This document shows, piece after piece, positions 30,154 to 45,820 of a stretch of DNA of 64,000 nucleotides (position 1 is its first letter; every line of letters begins with the position of its first letter). The stretch lies in the NCBI GenBank assembly GCA_963822945.1, contig CAWGJO010000027.1, positions 64,001 to 128,000 on the forward strand, written 5' to 3'. This stretch comes from an uncultured Gemmatimonadaceae bacterium (GTDB taxonomy: Bacteria > Gemmatimonadota > Gemmatimonadetes > Gemmatimonadales > Gemmatimonadaceae). The notes under the pieces were generated by a model, which did no database searches, had not been told where the DNA came from, and saw nothing but the letters and a program-made list of their open reading frames with translations. The position numbers were made by a program, and so were the translations under genes.

Positions 30154-30621
30154 ATGACCCAGACCACGAATTCCCCAGCTACCCACGACCAGCAGGCGCT
30201 CGGCGTCGTGCGCTGCCCCTTCTGCGGCGCGCTCACCAGCGCCGACCTTAACGCCGGTAACCCGAACTGCTCGGGATGCGGCAAACCCGTGCTCGCCGAC
30301 CGGCCGATGCCCGTCACCGACGCCGACTTCCACCGGATCGTCGCCGACAGCAAGCTGCCGGTGCTCGTCGATTTCTACGCCGACTGGTGCGGCCCCTGCC
30401 GCATGATGGCGCCGGTGCTCGACGACATGGCTCGCGAGTTCAAGGGCCGCCTCCAGATTCTCAAGCTCGATACCGACCGGTACCCCGAAGTGTCCGCCGG
30501 CCTCGGCATTCGCGGCATCCCGACGATGATCGCGTTCAAGAACGGCAAGGAAGCCGCCCGCGTCGTGGGCGCCGCCCCGAAGCCGATGCTGCTCGATCAG
30601 CTCAAGTCGGTGCTGGGATAG
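30154..30621 (+). CDS. trxC: Thioredoxin 2 (Zn-finger thioredoxin)
   Basis: CPFC..CSGC N-terminal Zn finger plus DFYADWCGPC. Confidence 0.9.
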   Translation: MTQTTNSPATHDQQALGVVRCPFCGALTSADLNAGNPNCSGCGKPVLADRPMPVTDADFHRIVADSKLPVLVDFYADWCGPCRMMAPVLDDMAREFKGRLQILKLDTDRYPEVSAGLGIRGIPTMIAFKNGKEAARVVGAAPKPMLLDQLKSVLG

Positions 30622-30630
30622 CGCAAGACG

Positions 30631-30685
30631 GTCGGCAATCGGCAGTGCGCCGTCCGCCGCGCGCTGCCGGCTCCCGACTGCCGAC
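30631..30685. repeat. Heptamer-based inverted repeat hairpin
   Basis: GTCGGCAATCGG...CCGACTGCCGAC (1 mismatch) between trxC and the TolC gene. Confidence 0.55.
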
Positions 30686-30734
30686 TCCCGGATCCAATAA
30701 TTCACTGTCCGTTCATATTCTCATTCCGCAATTC

Positions 30735-32117
30735 ATGAAATTCGGTACCCTCGCGCTCGCGACCCTGACGATGTTCGCCACCGCCGCCGCGCCGGCGCGC
30801 GCCCAGGCCCCGATCGATCTCCAGCACGCCCTCGCGCGCGCCGACTCGCTCGCCTACGCCAACCGCATGGCCCGCGGGTCCGCCGACGCCCGACACGCGC
30901 AGGCGATCGCGCCCCTGAAGGGCATTCTGCCGTCGCTCAGCGTCGACGGCGGCTATACGCAGACCACCGATCCTATCGGCGCCTTCGGCACCACGCTCCG
31001 GCAACGCAGCGCCACGCAGGCGTCGTTCGACCCGCACGCGCTCAACTTTCCAACACCGGCCCGCGACTACGCCGGCGGCGTGGAACTGCAGCAGCCGTTG
31101 TTCAACGCCGACGCCTGGGTCGGTCGCCGCGCCGCGACGCTCGCCGCGCAGTCTGCCGACGCCAGCGCGCAGTGGACCCGCTACACCGTTCGGGCCGACG
31201 TCGTCCGGGCCTACTACGGCGCCGCCGTGGCCGACGCCCAGGTCGTCGCCCTCGACTCCGCCGCGGCCGCCGCCCACGCGCACGTGCGCGCCGCCGAGTC
31301 GATGGAACGCAACGGGATGGTCACGCGATCCGACATGCTGCTCGCCTCGGTGCGCGCCAACGAGCTCGATGCCCAACTCGCCGCCGCCACCGGCAACGCA
31401 CGCATGGCCCGGCGCCAACTGGCCACGCTCATCGCCATGCCCGGCCAGACCGTGGACATCGAAGCGCGGATTCCGAGCGCCGCCGAATTGAGGGCCGAAG
31501 CGACGCCCGATACCGCCGTTGCCGGTCCCGCCGCACGCGCCGACCTCCGGGCCGCCACGCTCGGCGCCCGCGCAGCCGGCGTCGACGTGAATCGCGCGCG
31601 CGCCGCGTATCTGCCGCGGCTCAACGCCTTCGGACGGTACGATTGGCACTCGCTCTCCCGCCCGTACGGCGGACTGCCGAGTTGGACGGCCGGCGTCATG
31701 CTCTCGTGGTCGCCCTTTGCCGGCGGCTCCCAGCTCTCCGACACCCGCCGCGCGCAGGCCCAGCGCGCCTCGGCCGACGCCGCGGCCGACGGCGCCAGCG
31801 CCCAGGCCCAGCTCGACGAGGCGCAGACACGCACCAACCTCGTCGTCGCGCTGCAGCAGATGACCCTGGCCGAGCTGTCGGCGGCGCAGGCCGTCGAAGC
31901 GCATCGCATCGTCACCCGCAAGTACGAAGGCGGCCTTGCCACGATCGTCGAATTGCTCGACGCGGCGGCCGCCGAGGCTCGCACCGCCGTGGAACTCTCC
32001 GCGGCGCGCTACGCCGTCATCACCGCCGACGCGGCACGCCGTCAGGCGCTGGGACGCGATCCCGGGTCGCTGGCCGATCTCGACCGCTCCCGTCCCGCAC
32101 CGTCCACGACCCGCTGA
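30735..32117 (+). CDS. TolC family outer-membrane efflux protein
   Basis: Signal peptide ARA-Q; LQQPLFN, GMVTRSDML, YEGGLATIVELLDA. Confidence 0.9.
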   Translation: MKFGTLALATLTMFATAAAPARAQAPIDLQHALARADSLAYANRMARGSADARHAQAIAPLKGILPSLSVDGGYTQTTDPIGAFGTTLRQRSATQASFDPHALNFPTPARDYAGGVELQQPLFNADAWVGRRAATLAAQSADASAQWTRYTVRADVVRAYYGAAVADAQVVALDSAAAAAHAHVRAAESMERNGMVTRSDMLLASVRANELDAQLAAATGNARMARRQLATLIAMPGQTVDIEARIPSAAELRAEATPDTAVAGPAARADLRAATLGARAAGVDVNRARAAYLPRLNAFGRYDWHSLSRPYGGLPSWTAGVMLSWSPFAGGSQLSDTRRAQAQRASADAAADGASAQAQLDEAQTRTNLVVALQQMTLAELSAAQAVEAHRIVTRKYEGGLATIVELLDAAAAEARTAVELSAARYAVITADAARRQALGRDPGSLADLDRSRPAPSTTR

Positions 32118-32135
32118 CTCCAGAGGAATTCCGTA

Positions 32136-33185
32136 ATGCAGATCCACTTCGTTCGGGCCATCACGATCGGCGGCATGCTCTTCGCCGCGGCCTGTTCCGG
32201 CTCCAAACCCGAGCAGTCCGCGACCCGGGCTGCCCCTGCGCCGGGCACCACGTACCTGGTGGCCGACTCGACCATCGAGGCGACGCTCGACGCCGCCGGC
32301 ACCGCGCAGCCGATTGCCGAGGCGACGCTGTCCACCAAGCTCATGGGCACCGTGACCGCCGTGCTCGTGCACGAGGGAGACCACGTGTCCGCCGGCCAGC
32401 CGCTGGTGCACATCGACGCCCGTGACCTCGTGGCGCGGGACTCGCAGGTACAGGCGTCGATCGCGGGCGCCAAGGCCATGCAACTCGAGGCGCAGACACA
32501 GGCCCGACGCATCCGCGCGCTCTACGCCGACAGCGCCGCCACGCGTGCCCAGCTCGACGCCGTGGAGACGGCGCTCGCGCGCGCGAACGCCGGCGTGCAG
32601 GCGGCCGAGGCGGGCGCCAGTGAACTCGCCGCCACCCGCGCCTACGCCGACGTGCGCGCACCCTTTGCCGGCATCGTCACCCACCGGTTCGTCGACCCGG
32701 GCGCCTTCGCGGCGCCGGGCGCGCCGCTGGTCACCGTACAGAACGTGTCGCGGCTGCGCGTGAGCGTGAACGCGGCCCCCGAGGACGTGCGGGGCCTCAA
32801 GCGGGGCGCGCACGTGATGGCCACCATCGAAGACACCATCGTGCGCGCGACCGTCGAGGGCGTGGTGCCCTCGGGCAGCAACGTCTACACGGTGAACGCC
32901 ATCGTGGAGAACCCGCGCGGCGCGCTCATGGCCAACGGCGCGGCGTCGATCGCCATTCCGCGGGGCCGCCGCCAGGCGGTGCTCGTCCCGCTGGCCGCGA
33001 TCAGGCGCGAGGGCGACCTCACGGGCGTCATCATCCGCGACGCTTCGGGTGAAGACGTCCGATGGGTGCGACTGGGCGAGACCCGCGGATCGTGGGTCGA
33101 GGTGACGAGCGGGCTCGCCGCCGGCGCCACGATCGTGGTGCCTCCCACCACGGCCGGCGCCCAGGCGCTGGTCGGGGAGAAGTAA
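32136..33185 (+). CDS. RND periplasmic adaptor subunit
   Basis: Lipobox AAAC; VHEGDHVSAGQPLVHID; VRAPFAGIVT. Confidence 0.92.
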   Translation: MQIHFVRAITIGGMLFAAACSGSKPEQSATRAAPAPGTTYLVADSTIEATLDAAGTAQPIAEATLSTKLMGTVTAVLVHEGDHVSAGQPLVHIDARDLVARDSQVQASIAGAKAMQLEAQTQARRIRALYADSAATRAQLDAVETALARANAGVQAAEAGASELAATRAYADVRAPFAGIVTHRFVDPGAFAAPGAPLVTVQNVSRLRVSVNAAPEDVRGLKRGAHVMATIEDTIVRATVEGVVPSGSNVYTVNAIVENPRGALMANGAASIAIPRGRRQAVLVPLAAIRREGDLTGVIIRDASGEDVRWVRLGETRGSWVEVTSGLAAGATIVVPPTTAGAQALVGEK

Positions 33186-33186
33186 G

Positions 33187-36356
<3,170 letters not shown>

Positions 36357-36357
<1 letters not shown>

Positions 36358-36647
36358 TGAAGACGATTTTCATCATTCACGCGGGGGCCGACGAGCACCG
36401 CGTCCCCCGGTTGCTCGAGAAGCACGGAGCCAGGGGCTACACGCAGATCGGCCAGGGCACGGGGGCCGGCAGTTCGGGGCGGCTCGAGGGCACCCGGGCC
36501 TGGCCCGGCCATGCCACGCTCTGGCTCACGATCATTCGCGACGAGGAGGCCGACGTACTCGTGAAAGCCCTCCGCGAGGTCAAGGAACATCTCGAGCCGG
36601 GGGAGCATCTGCACGCCTCGGTGATGCAGACCGACGATTTCATCTGA
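36357..36647 (+). CDS. P-II-like (GlnB/SbtB fold) small protein
   Basis: MKTIFIIH..LLEKHGARGYT....GTGAGSSG..EG...WPG pattern; TGATG coupling to the RND gene. Confidence 0.7.
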
Positions 36648-36711
36648 CCGGCGGCCCGCCCCGACCGCCGGGGCGGGCACCGGTCGAATCAACCGATGGG
36701 GAGATTCGATT

Positions 36712-36912
36712 ATGTGTGACGACAAGGTGATCCGCCGGATCGCCGGAGTATTCGTGATGGCCTCGGTGGCCCTCGCCTGGTGGGTGTCGCCCTGGTGGCT
36801 GTTGTTCACGGCCTTCGTGGGCTTCAATCTGTTCCAGTCCAGTCTGACCAACATCTGCCCGCTGGAGCGCGTCCTCGGGCGGTTCGGACTGGCCGGCTGC
36901 AAGCCGCGTTGA
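36712..36912 (+). CDS. DUF2892 / YgaP-like membrane protein
   Basis: IRRIAG..WWLLFTAFVGFNLFQSSLTNICPLE; GGAG RBS. Confidence 0.88.
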   Translation: MCDDKVIRRIAGVFVMASVALAWWVSPWWLLFTAFVGFNLFQSSLTNICPLERVLGRFGLAGCKPR

Positions 36913-37001
36913 GCGCGGTGGGGTTGATCGTGGCCCGGCTTCCGGTGCATGATCAACCATATCGCCAGATGGTCAATTCACACCGGCCAGAGTGTCCTCG
37001 C

Positions 37002-37334
37002 ATGAGCAACGCCAAGATGACCCCGGAACTGCTTTCGCTGATCGCCGACCGCTTCAAGGTGTTGGCGGAACCGGCGCGGCTGCAGATCCTTCAGGCCCTA
37101 CGCGCCGGCGAACGCTCGGTGAGCGACCTGGCCCATGACACGGGACTGGGACAGGCGAACCTGTCCAAGCACCTGCGCGGTCTGTACGACGGCGGCTTCG
37201 TGGAGCGCCATCGGGAAGGATTGTTCGTGATCTACCGGCTGGCGGACAAGGACGTCTTCCGCATCTGCGACCTGATGTGCGGCCGGCTGGAAGAACTCAG
37301 CACGAAACGAAGGAAACTGTTGGCCACGCGGTAG
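37002..37334 (+). CDS. ArsR/SmtB family regulator with C-terminal Cx3C
   Basis: FKVLAEPARLQIL, QANLSKHL, REGLFVIYRL, RICDLMC. Confidence 0.92.
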   Translation: MSNAKMTPELLSLIADRFKVLAEPARLQILQALRAGERSVSDLAHDTGLGQANLSKHLRGLYDGGFVERHREGLFVIYRLADKDVFRICDLMCGRLEELSTKRRKLLATR

Positions 37335-37337
37335 CGC

Positions 37338-39059
37338 ATGGAAAACGCGGAGATCGCCCGGCTCTTCCGCGAGATGGCGGAACTGCTCGAAGTCGAGGGG
37401 GCGAATACGTTCCGCATCCGGGCGTACCGCAACGCGGCCCGCGTGGTCGAGGAGCACACCGAGCCGATTGCGGAGTTGCTCCAGCACGACGGAACGAAGC
37501 TGCAGGAACTGCCGGGCATCGGCGCCGACCTGGCCGGAAAGATCGAGGAGATCGTCCGCACCGGATCGCTCGGGGCGCTGAAGCAGGCACGGCGCGCGGC
37601 GCCCAGGGGTGCCGTGGAACTGATGCGCGTGCCGGGCATCGGGCCCATCCGCGCGCGCACGCTGGCCGAGAAGCTCGGCATCCGGTCGGTGGCAGGTCTC
37701 GAGAGGGCCGCCAAGGCGGGGAAGATTCGCCGGCTCCCCGGGTTCGGCGCGGCCAGCGAGCAGAAGATCCTCACCGAACTCGCGGCGCGCTCCGGGGGCG
37801 AGCACCGCATTGCCCGGGCGACCGCCGCGCAGTACGGCGAGTCGATGCTCGCCTACCTTCGCGCATTTCCGGGGGTGAAGCGGGCCGACATTGCCGGGAG
37901 CTTCCGCCGGGGACGCGAGACGGTGGGCGACCTCGACATCCTGGTCGAATGCGCCGATGGGCAGGCCGTGTCGGATCACTTCGTGGCCTATCCCGAGGTC
38001 CGCGAGGTGTTGGCGCACGGATCGACCAAGGCGTCCGTGGTCCTGCGATCCGGCCTGCAGATCGACCTGCGCGTGCTCGACGCGAAGTCCTATGGCGCGG
38101 GTCTCTACTACTTCACCGGGTCCAAGGCGCACAACATCGCGGTGCGGCGTCTGGGGCAGAAGCGCGGGCTCAAGATCAACGAGTACGGCGTCTTCCGCGG
38201 AGCGAAGCAGCTCGGCGGCCGGAACGAGTTGGACGTCTTCAGGTCGGTGGGACTGCCCTTCATCCCTCCGGAATTGCGCGAGGACCGCGGCGAAATAGAG
38301 GCGGCGCGGCAGAAGCGGCTCCCGTCGCTGGTGACGCTCGACGACATCCGTGGCGACCTCCAGATGCACAGCACCGACAGCGACGGGCGGGTGTCACTCC
38401 AGGAGATGGCCGAGACCGCCGAGTCCATGGGATACGAGTACATCGCGATCACCGACCATGGGCCGATGATGCGCATGGTCCAGGGGCTCGACGACGCGGG
38501 TTTCAGACGCCAGCGGAAGAAGATCGACAAGCTCAACGCGAAGCTGCGGAAGCTCACCGTGCTTGCCGGTGCCGAGGTGGACATCCATCCCGACGGAACG
38601 CTCGACCTCAAGGACGACACGCTGGCCGCGCTCGACATCGTGTTCGTGGCGCTGCACGTCAAGCTCGATCTCGAGCCGGCGAAACAGACGGAGCGCGTGC
38701 TGAAAGCGCTCTCCCATCCGAACGTGGATGTCTTCGCGCACCCCACGGGCCGGTTGATCAACGGCCGTCGCGGGGCGCGGTTCGATTTCGACCGCATGGT
38801 GAAGGCGGCGGTGGATCACGGCGTGCTGCTGGAGGTCGATGCGCAACCGGAGCGGCTGGACCTCGACGACGTGTCGGTGCGCGCCGCGATCGGCGCCGGC
38901 GCGCGGATCGTCATCGACACCGATGCGCATTCGCCCGCCGAGCTGCGGTTCATGCGTTGGGGCGTGGACCAGGCCCGGCGCGGCTGGGCCGAAAAGGCGG
39001 ACGTGGCGAATACGCGGCCCTTGTCGCGGTTCGTGAAGCTCCTCCATACGCACCGCTGA
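37338..39059 (+). CDS. polX: DNA polymerase X / PHP 3'-5' exonuclease
   Basis: FRIRAYRNAA, HhH LPGIG, AGSFRR..TVGDLDIL, QIDLR, YFTGSKAHN, PPELRE; PHP motifs ITDH, AHPTGR, DTDAH. Confidence 0.96.
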   Translation: MENAEIARLFREMAELLEVEGANTFRIRAYRNAARVVEEHTEPIAELLQHDGTKLQELPGIGADLAGKIEEIVRTGSLGALKQARRAAPRGAVELMRVPGIGPIRARTLAEKLGIRSVAGLERAAKAGKIRRLPGFGAASEQKILTELAARSGGEHRIARATAAQYGESMLAYLRAFPGVKRADIAGSFRRGRETVGDLDILVECADGQAVSDHFVAYPEVREVLAHGSTKASVVLRSGLQIDLRVLDAKSYGAGLYYFTGSKAHNIAVRRLGQKRGLKINEYGVFRGAKQLGGRNELDVFRSVGLPFIPPELREDRGEIEAARQKRLPSLVTLDDIRGDLQMHSTDSDGRVSLQEMAETAESMGYEYIAITDHGPMMRMVQGLDDAGFRRQRKKIDKLNAKLRKLTVLAGAEVDIHPDGTLDLKDDTLAALDIVFVALHVKLDLEPAKQTERVLKALSHPNVDVFAHPTGRLINGRRGARFDFDRMVKAAVDHGVLLEVDAQPERLDLDDVSVRAAIGAGARIVIDTDAHSPAELRFMRWGVDQARRGWAEKADVANTRPLSRFVKLLHTHR

Positions 39060-39066
39060 GCGAGAG

Positions 39067-39257
39067 GAGCATCAAGAACGGAGAGTCCGAACCAGAAACT
39101 GCCGGATCGATGCGGACGAGGCTGACCTTATTGGTGGGCTCGTGGAGAGATCACCATGGCCGGCCACCGCGATCTCAACCCCGACCCCTCCTGAGAAATC
39201 CGGCCGTTTCCGAATCATCCTGAATCATCTCGTCCACACGCTCCGTTCCTGATGCTC
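39067..39257. repeat. ~190-bp palindromic MITE/REP-like element, copy 2
   Basis: 17-bp terminal inverted repeat GAGCATCAAGAACGGAG / CTCCGTTCCTGATGCTC (1 mismatch); lies between convergent polX and ligA. Confidence 0.75.
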
Positions 39258-39271
39258 GGACGCCACGCCGA

Positions 39272-41492
<2,221 letters not shown>

Positions 41493-41556
41493 TCAAGGTT
41501 CGGACCTCTGCCGTCGCGTCCCGTCTTCGGAGGTTTCTTTTCGGGAGGACACCACC

Positions 41557-41826
41557 ATGAACACCCCCACTACGAGCGGTCTCGTTGAAGACCTGTTCCG
41601 CCAGGCCGGCCGCGAACGGCGCCGTGTGCGCGCCACCTTCCGGTTTCACGGAGAGGCGGGCATGAAGGAAGTCGAGCGACACTGGGAACCGTACGCGATT
41701 CGCGATGGCCACGCGTTCGTGTTCTCCTACTTCCGGAACGAGTTCCGGACGGTTCCGCTGAAGCACATCGTGAACATCGAGATTCACGAACGCGAATTCG
41801 AGCCGCGACGGCCGATCGAGCTGTAA
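41557..41826 (+). CDS. Standalone WYL-like domain protein (89 aa)
   Basis: GGAGG RBS; A..ERRRV....G..ER..EPY.I....RNEFRTVPLKHIVNIEI....FEPR follows the WYL domain pattern. Confidence 0.65.
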   Translation: MNTPTTSGLVEDLFRQAGRERRRVRATFRFHGEAGMKEVERHWEPYAIRDGHAFVFSYFRNEFRTVPLKHIVNIEIHEREFEPRRPIEL

Positions 41827-42023
41827 TCGCACAACCGCTGCGCATGCTCCTGTCGGGCATCACCGGGCAGTGAATCGGTGAGACGCCCGGCAGTCGAGAG
41901 CGCTGCCCCCTCACAACCTTACCGCAGTCTCGCAATGCAGGCGTTCCCGATTGGGGAACGCCTGCGATCCTGGTGCACGTGCATCGCGGCGCGCACCCGG
42001 CTACGCGTCGCGCGGAGGCGCCG

Positions 42024-44747
42024 ATGCGCACCGACCGGCCGCCTGACGGCGGCACCCCATGGAGTACCGCGGCCGCCGTAGGTACGGCGGCCGCCGGCCC
42101 TCCCTGGCACACGCGCAGCATCGACGACGTGGAGCGAGCCCTGGCGTCCGGCCGCGAGGGCCTCGGCGCGGCCGCCGCCGCGGAGCGCCTCGCCGCCTAC
42201 GGGCCGAACGCCATCGAAGGCGAGCCCGAAGCACCGTGGTGGCGTCTGTTGCTCGGCCAGCTCCGCGATCCGCTCATCTACATCCTGCTCGCCGCCGCCG
42301 GCGTGAGCGCGGTGCTTCGCGACTACAACGACACCACCGTGATCCTCGCCGTGGTCGCGCTCAACTCGGCCATCGGATTCGTTCAGGAATCCCGGGCCCG
42401 CAAGGCCATGCGCGCGCTGGTACGGTTGGCCTCCCCGCTGGCCGTCGTCGTGCGCGCCGGACAGCAGCTGGCGGTGCCGAGCGCGGAACTCGTGATCGGC
42501 GACCTCGTGGTGCTTTCGTCGGGAACGCGCGTGCCCGCCGACCTGCGTCTCGTGGCCACGCGCCACCTGGCAATCGATGAATCGCTGCTCACGGGCGAAT
42601 CGGTGCCGGTGGAGAAGATCACCGACCCGCTCGACGACATGACGTTGATGGCCGGCGATCAGATCAACATGGCGTTCGCCGGCACGGCGGTGGCCCACGG
42701 CCGGGGACGGGGCATGGTGGTGCGCACCGGCGCCGATACCCAGTTGGGACGCCTGGCCGAAGCGGTGCGCGCGGCGCGTCACGAGACCACCCCGCTGCAG
42801 GAGTCCTTCGCCCGGTTCGGTCGCCGGGTGGGACTGGCCATCGTGGCGCTGGCCGCGCTGGTCATGGTGATCGGACTGGCGCGCGAGATGGCCCCCACCG
42901 ACGTCTTCCTGACCGCCGTGGCGATGGCCGTGTCGGCCATTCCGGAGGGTCTGCCCGTGGTGCTCACGGTGACCTTTGCCATCGGCGCGCGCCGCATGGT
43001 GCGCCGGCGGGCCATCGTGCGCGCCCTGCCCGCGGTGGAGACGCTCGGCAGCACGACGGTCATCGGTTCGGACAAGACCGGCACGCTCACCAGGAACGAG
43101 ATGACGGTTCGTTCCATCTGGGCCGGCGGATGCCGCTACGACGTGCCCGCCGCCGGCGGCGCCGATGCGCCGCTCGTGGGACCCGACGGCCCGGTGGATT
43201 GCGCCGACCAACCGGCCCTGCTGGCCACGCTCCGCGTGGGCGTCCTGGCCAGTGAGGCCGAGGCCGGCGGCGTGAGCGCCGATCCCATGGAACGGGCGTT
43301 GCTGGCCGTGGCCGAGCACCACGGGCAATCGCCCGCCGCGCTCCAGGAGCAGCACCCGGAGCGCGATGTGCTGCCCTTCGAATCGGAGCGGCGGTTCATG
43401 GTGTCGCTGCGCCAAACGGAGGCCGGGCTGCTCGAACAGCTCAAGGGCGCTCCCGAGGTGGTGCTGGCCCGGTGTGCGCAGCAACGCGGCCCGTCGGGCG
43501 AGGAACCCCTGGACCGCGCCGCTGCCGAGGCAGCCGCGCACCGGTTGGCCGCCGAGGGCCTGCGCGTGCTCGCCATGGCCTACCGGCGTACCACCGACGC
43601 GCGCATCTCGGCGGAATCGCTGCTGGAAGGGTTCGTGTTCGCGGGCCTCGTGGGATTCGAGGACCCCCTGCGGCCCGAAGCCGCTGCGGCGGTACGGAGC
43701 GCCCGTCAAGCGGGCATCCGCGTGCTCATGATCACCGGCGACCACGCCGACACGGCGCGTGCGATTGGCCGGCAATTGGGATTGGGCGACGAGGTGTTGA
43801 GCGGTCGCGAGTTGGACGGGATGACCGACGACGAACTGACACGCGCCCTGCGGCAAGTGAACGTGTATGCGCGCGTGGCGCCGGAGCACAAACTCCGCAT
43901 CGTCGAGCGCCTCAAGGCCGACGGCGAGGTGGTGGCCGTGACGGGGGACGGCGCCAACGATGCCCCCGCCCTGCGCGCCGCGCACCTCGGCATCGCGATG
44001 GGCGCGAGTGGCTCGGATGTGGCGCGTGAAGCCGCCGACATGGTGCTCGCCGACGACAACTTCGCGACCATCACGGCAGCTATCGAGCAGGGGCGCGTGG
44101 TGTTCGCGAACATCCGCAAGGCGACCTTCTTCCTGCTCTCGACGGCCGTCGCCGAGATCGCCGTGATCCTCGGCGCGCTGATCGCCGGCTGGCCGCTGCC
44201 CCTGCTCGCGGCGCAGATCCTCTGGATCAACCTCGTGACGGACAGCCTCGAGGTGATGGCGTTGGCCTTCGAGCGGGGTGAGCCCGACCTGCTCACCGAG
44301 CCGCCGCGCCGGCGCGACGAGGGCGCGCTCACCGGCGCGTTGTACCTGCGGCTGGGTGGAGTGGGGCTGGTGCTCACGGTGGGCACCTTCGTGATGTTCT
44401 GGTGGACGCTGCGCGCCACCGGCGACCTGGCGCTCGCGCGCACCGTCGCGCTCACCCAGATGGTGGTGTTCCAGTTCTATCACGTGTTCAACTGCCGGTC
44501 CCTGCATCGCTCGGTGTTTCGCATGCCGCTATGGACCAACCCGTTCCTGCTCGTGAGCACGGCGGCCGTGACGGCCGCCCATGTGGCCGCCATCTACACG
44601 CCGATGCTGCAGCGCATGCTGCGAACCACCCCGCTCTCGGCCTCGCAGTGGGGCACCATCCTCCTCGTCGGGCTGGCCGTGATCGTGGGCGGCGAGGCCG
44701 ACAAGGCGATGCAGCGGCTGCGGGCGCGCCGCGGAACCGCCACATGA
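42024..44747 (+). CDS. P2A-type cation (Ca2+) transporting P-type ATPase
   Basis: LTGES, AIPEGLP, DKTGTLT, KGAPE, TGDH, TGDGANDAP, QILWINLVTD; start approximate. Confidence 0.95.
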   Translation: MRTDRPPDGGTPWSTAAAVGTAAAGPPWHTRSIDDVERALASGREGLGAAAAAERLAAYGPNAIEGEPEAPWWRLLLGQLRDPLIYILLAAAGVSAVLRDYNDTTVILAVVALNSAIGFVQESRARKAMRALVRLASPLAVVVRAGQQLAVPSAELVIGDLVVLSSGTRVPADLRLVATRHLAIDESLLTGESVPVEKITDPLDDMTLMAGDQINMAFAGTAVAHGRGRGMVVRTGADTQLGRLAEAVRAARHETTPLQESFARFGRRVGLAIVALAALVMVIGLAREMAPTDVFLTAVAMAVSAIPEGLPVVLTVTFAIGARRMVRRRAIVRALPAVETLGSTTVIGSDKTGTLTRNEMTVRSIWAGGCRYDVPAAGGADAPLVGPDGPVDCADQPALLATLRVGVLASEAEAGGVSADPMERALLAVAEHHGQSPAALQEQHPERDVLPFESERRFMVSLRQTEAGLLEQLKGAPEVVLARCAQQRGPSGEEPLDRAAAEAAAHRLAAEGLRVLAMAYRRTTDARISAESLLEGFVFAGLVGFEDPLRPEAAAAVRSARQAGIRVLMITGDHADTARAIGRQLGLGDEVLSGRELDGMTDDELTRALRQVNVYARVAPEHKLRIVERLKADGEVVAVTGDGANDAPALRAAHLGIAMGASGSDVAREAADMVLADDNFATITAAIEQGRVVFANIRKATFFLLSTAVAEIAVILGALIAGWPLPLLAAQILWINLVTDSLEVMALAFERGEPDLLTEPPRRRDEGALTGALYLRLGGVGLVLTVGTFVMFWWTLRATGDLALARTVALTQMVVFQFYHVFNCRSLHRSVFRMPLWTNPFLLVSTAAVTAAHVAAIYTPMLQRMLRTTPLSASQWGTILLVGLAVIVGGEADKAMQRLRARRGTAT

Positions 44748-45805
44748 CTCCGATCACGAGCATGGTGATGACGGCGCTGCTCTCGGCGCTGCTGATCGCC
44801 GCGGCCGGGACGGTGCTCGCGCGGAGCGGCGACGCGATTGCTGCGCGCACGAACCTGGGCGGCGTGTGGATCGGCTCGGTGTTCCTGGCCATGGCGACGT
44901 CGCTGCCCGAGATCAGCACCAACATCGCGGCCGTGCGCATCAACGCGCCCGACCTCGCGGTGGGCGACGCCTTCGGCAGCAGCATGGCCAACATGCTGAT
45001 CCTGGCGATCATCAACCTCCTCCCGACCGGCAGCGGGTTGTTCCGCAAGGCGACGCTCGACCATGCGCTGTACGCGTCGCTTGCCATCATTCTCACCTGC
45101 ATCGCGGCGATCGTGATTCTCGTGCACCCCACGCACGCCTACTTCGGCTTCGGCCCGGGATCGCTCCTGCTGCTGGCCGTTTATCTGGCTGGGTCGCGGG
45201 CGGTGTTCCGGCGAAGCGCCCTGGCTCGCCGCGCCGCGATGACCGAGGAGATGTCGGGACCCGTGTCCGCCGAGGCGAAGGAAGAGGCAGAGTCGGGAGA
45301 GGCAGACGGTTCGACCGCGAAAGCCCATCCACCGCAGACCCTGCGCCGCGCCATCGTGTTGTTCGCGGCCGGCTCGGCCGTCATGCTGCTTGCCGCACCG
45401 CGATTCGCCCGTTCGGCCGAAGAGATTGCCGTGGTCACCGGCGTCGGCGCCACCTTCGTGGGCACGTGGCTGGTGGGACTGGCGACGTCGCTGCCCGAGC
45501 TGGTGACGTCGCTCGCCGCAGTGCGCATGCGCGCCTACGATCTGGCGGTGGGCAACTTGTTCGGCAGCAATGCGTTCAACATGACCATCTTCGTGATCCT
45601 CGACGCTGTGCACGCGGGCCCGCCGATTCTCGGAGTCGTGAGCCCGATGCATGCCATCTCGGCACTAGCCGCCGTGGCGCTCATGGCCATCGGCACGGCG
45701 GCGCTCGTGTACCGCAGCCAGGGCCGGCTGGCGCTTCTCGAACCGAGCAGCATGCTGATCATCATCGGGTACGTGGTGGCGTTGGCGCTGTTGCTGAGGG
45801 GGTGA
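44744..45805 (+). CDS. CaCA family Na+(H+)/Ca2+ antiporter (YrbG-like)
   Basis: Two alpha-repeats ATSLPE...G..FGS.xxN; ATGA overlap with the ATPase. Confidence 0.9.
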   Translation: MTPITSMVMTALLSALLIAAAGTVLARSGDAIAARTNLGGVWIGSVFLAMATSLPEISTNIAAVRINAPDLAVGDAFGSSMANMLILAIINLLPTGSGLFRKATLDHALYASLAIILTCIAAIVILVHPTHAYFGFGPGSLLLLAVYLAGSRAVFRRSALARRAAMTEEMSGPVSAEAKEEAESGEADGSTAKAHPPQTLRRAIVLFAAGSAVMLLAAPRFARSAEEIAVVTGVGATFVGTWLVGLATSLPELVTSLAAVRMRAYDLAVGNLFGSNAFNMTIFVILDAVHAGPPILGVVSPMHAISALAAVALMAIGTAALVYRSQGRLALLEPSSMLIIIGYVVALALLLRG

Positions 45806-45820
45806 AGCCGTCGTTCCCCC

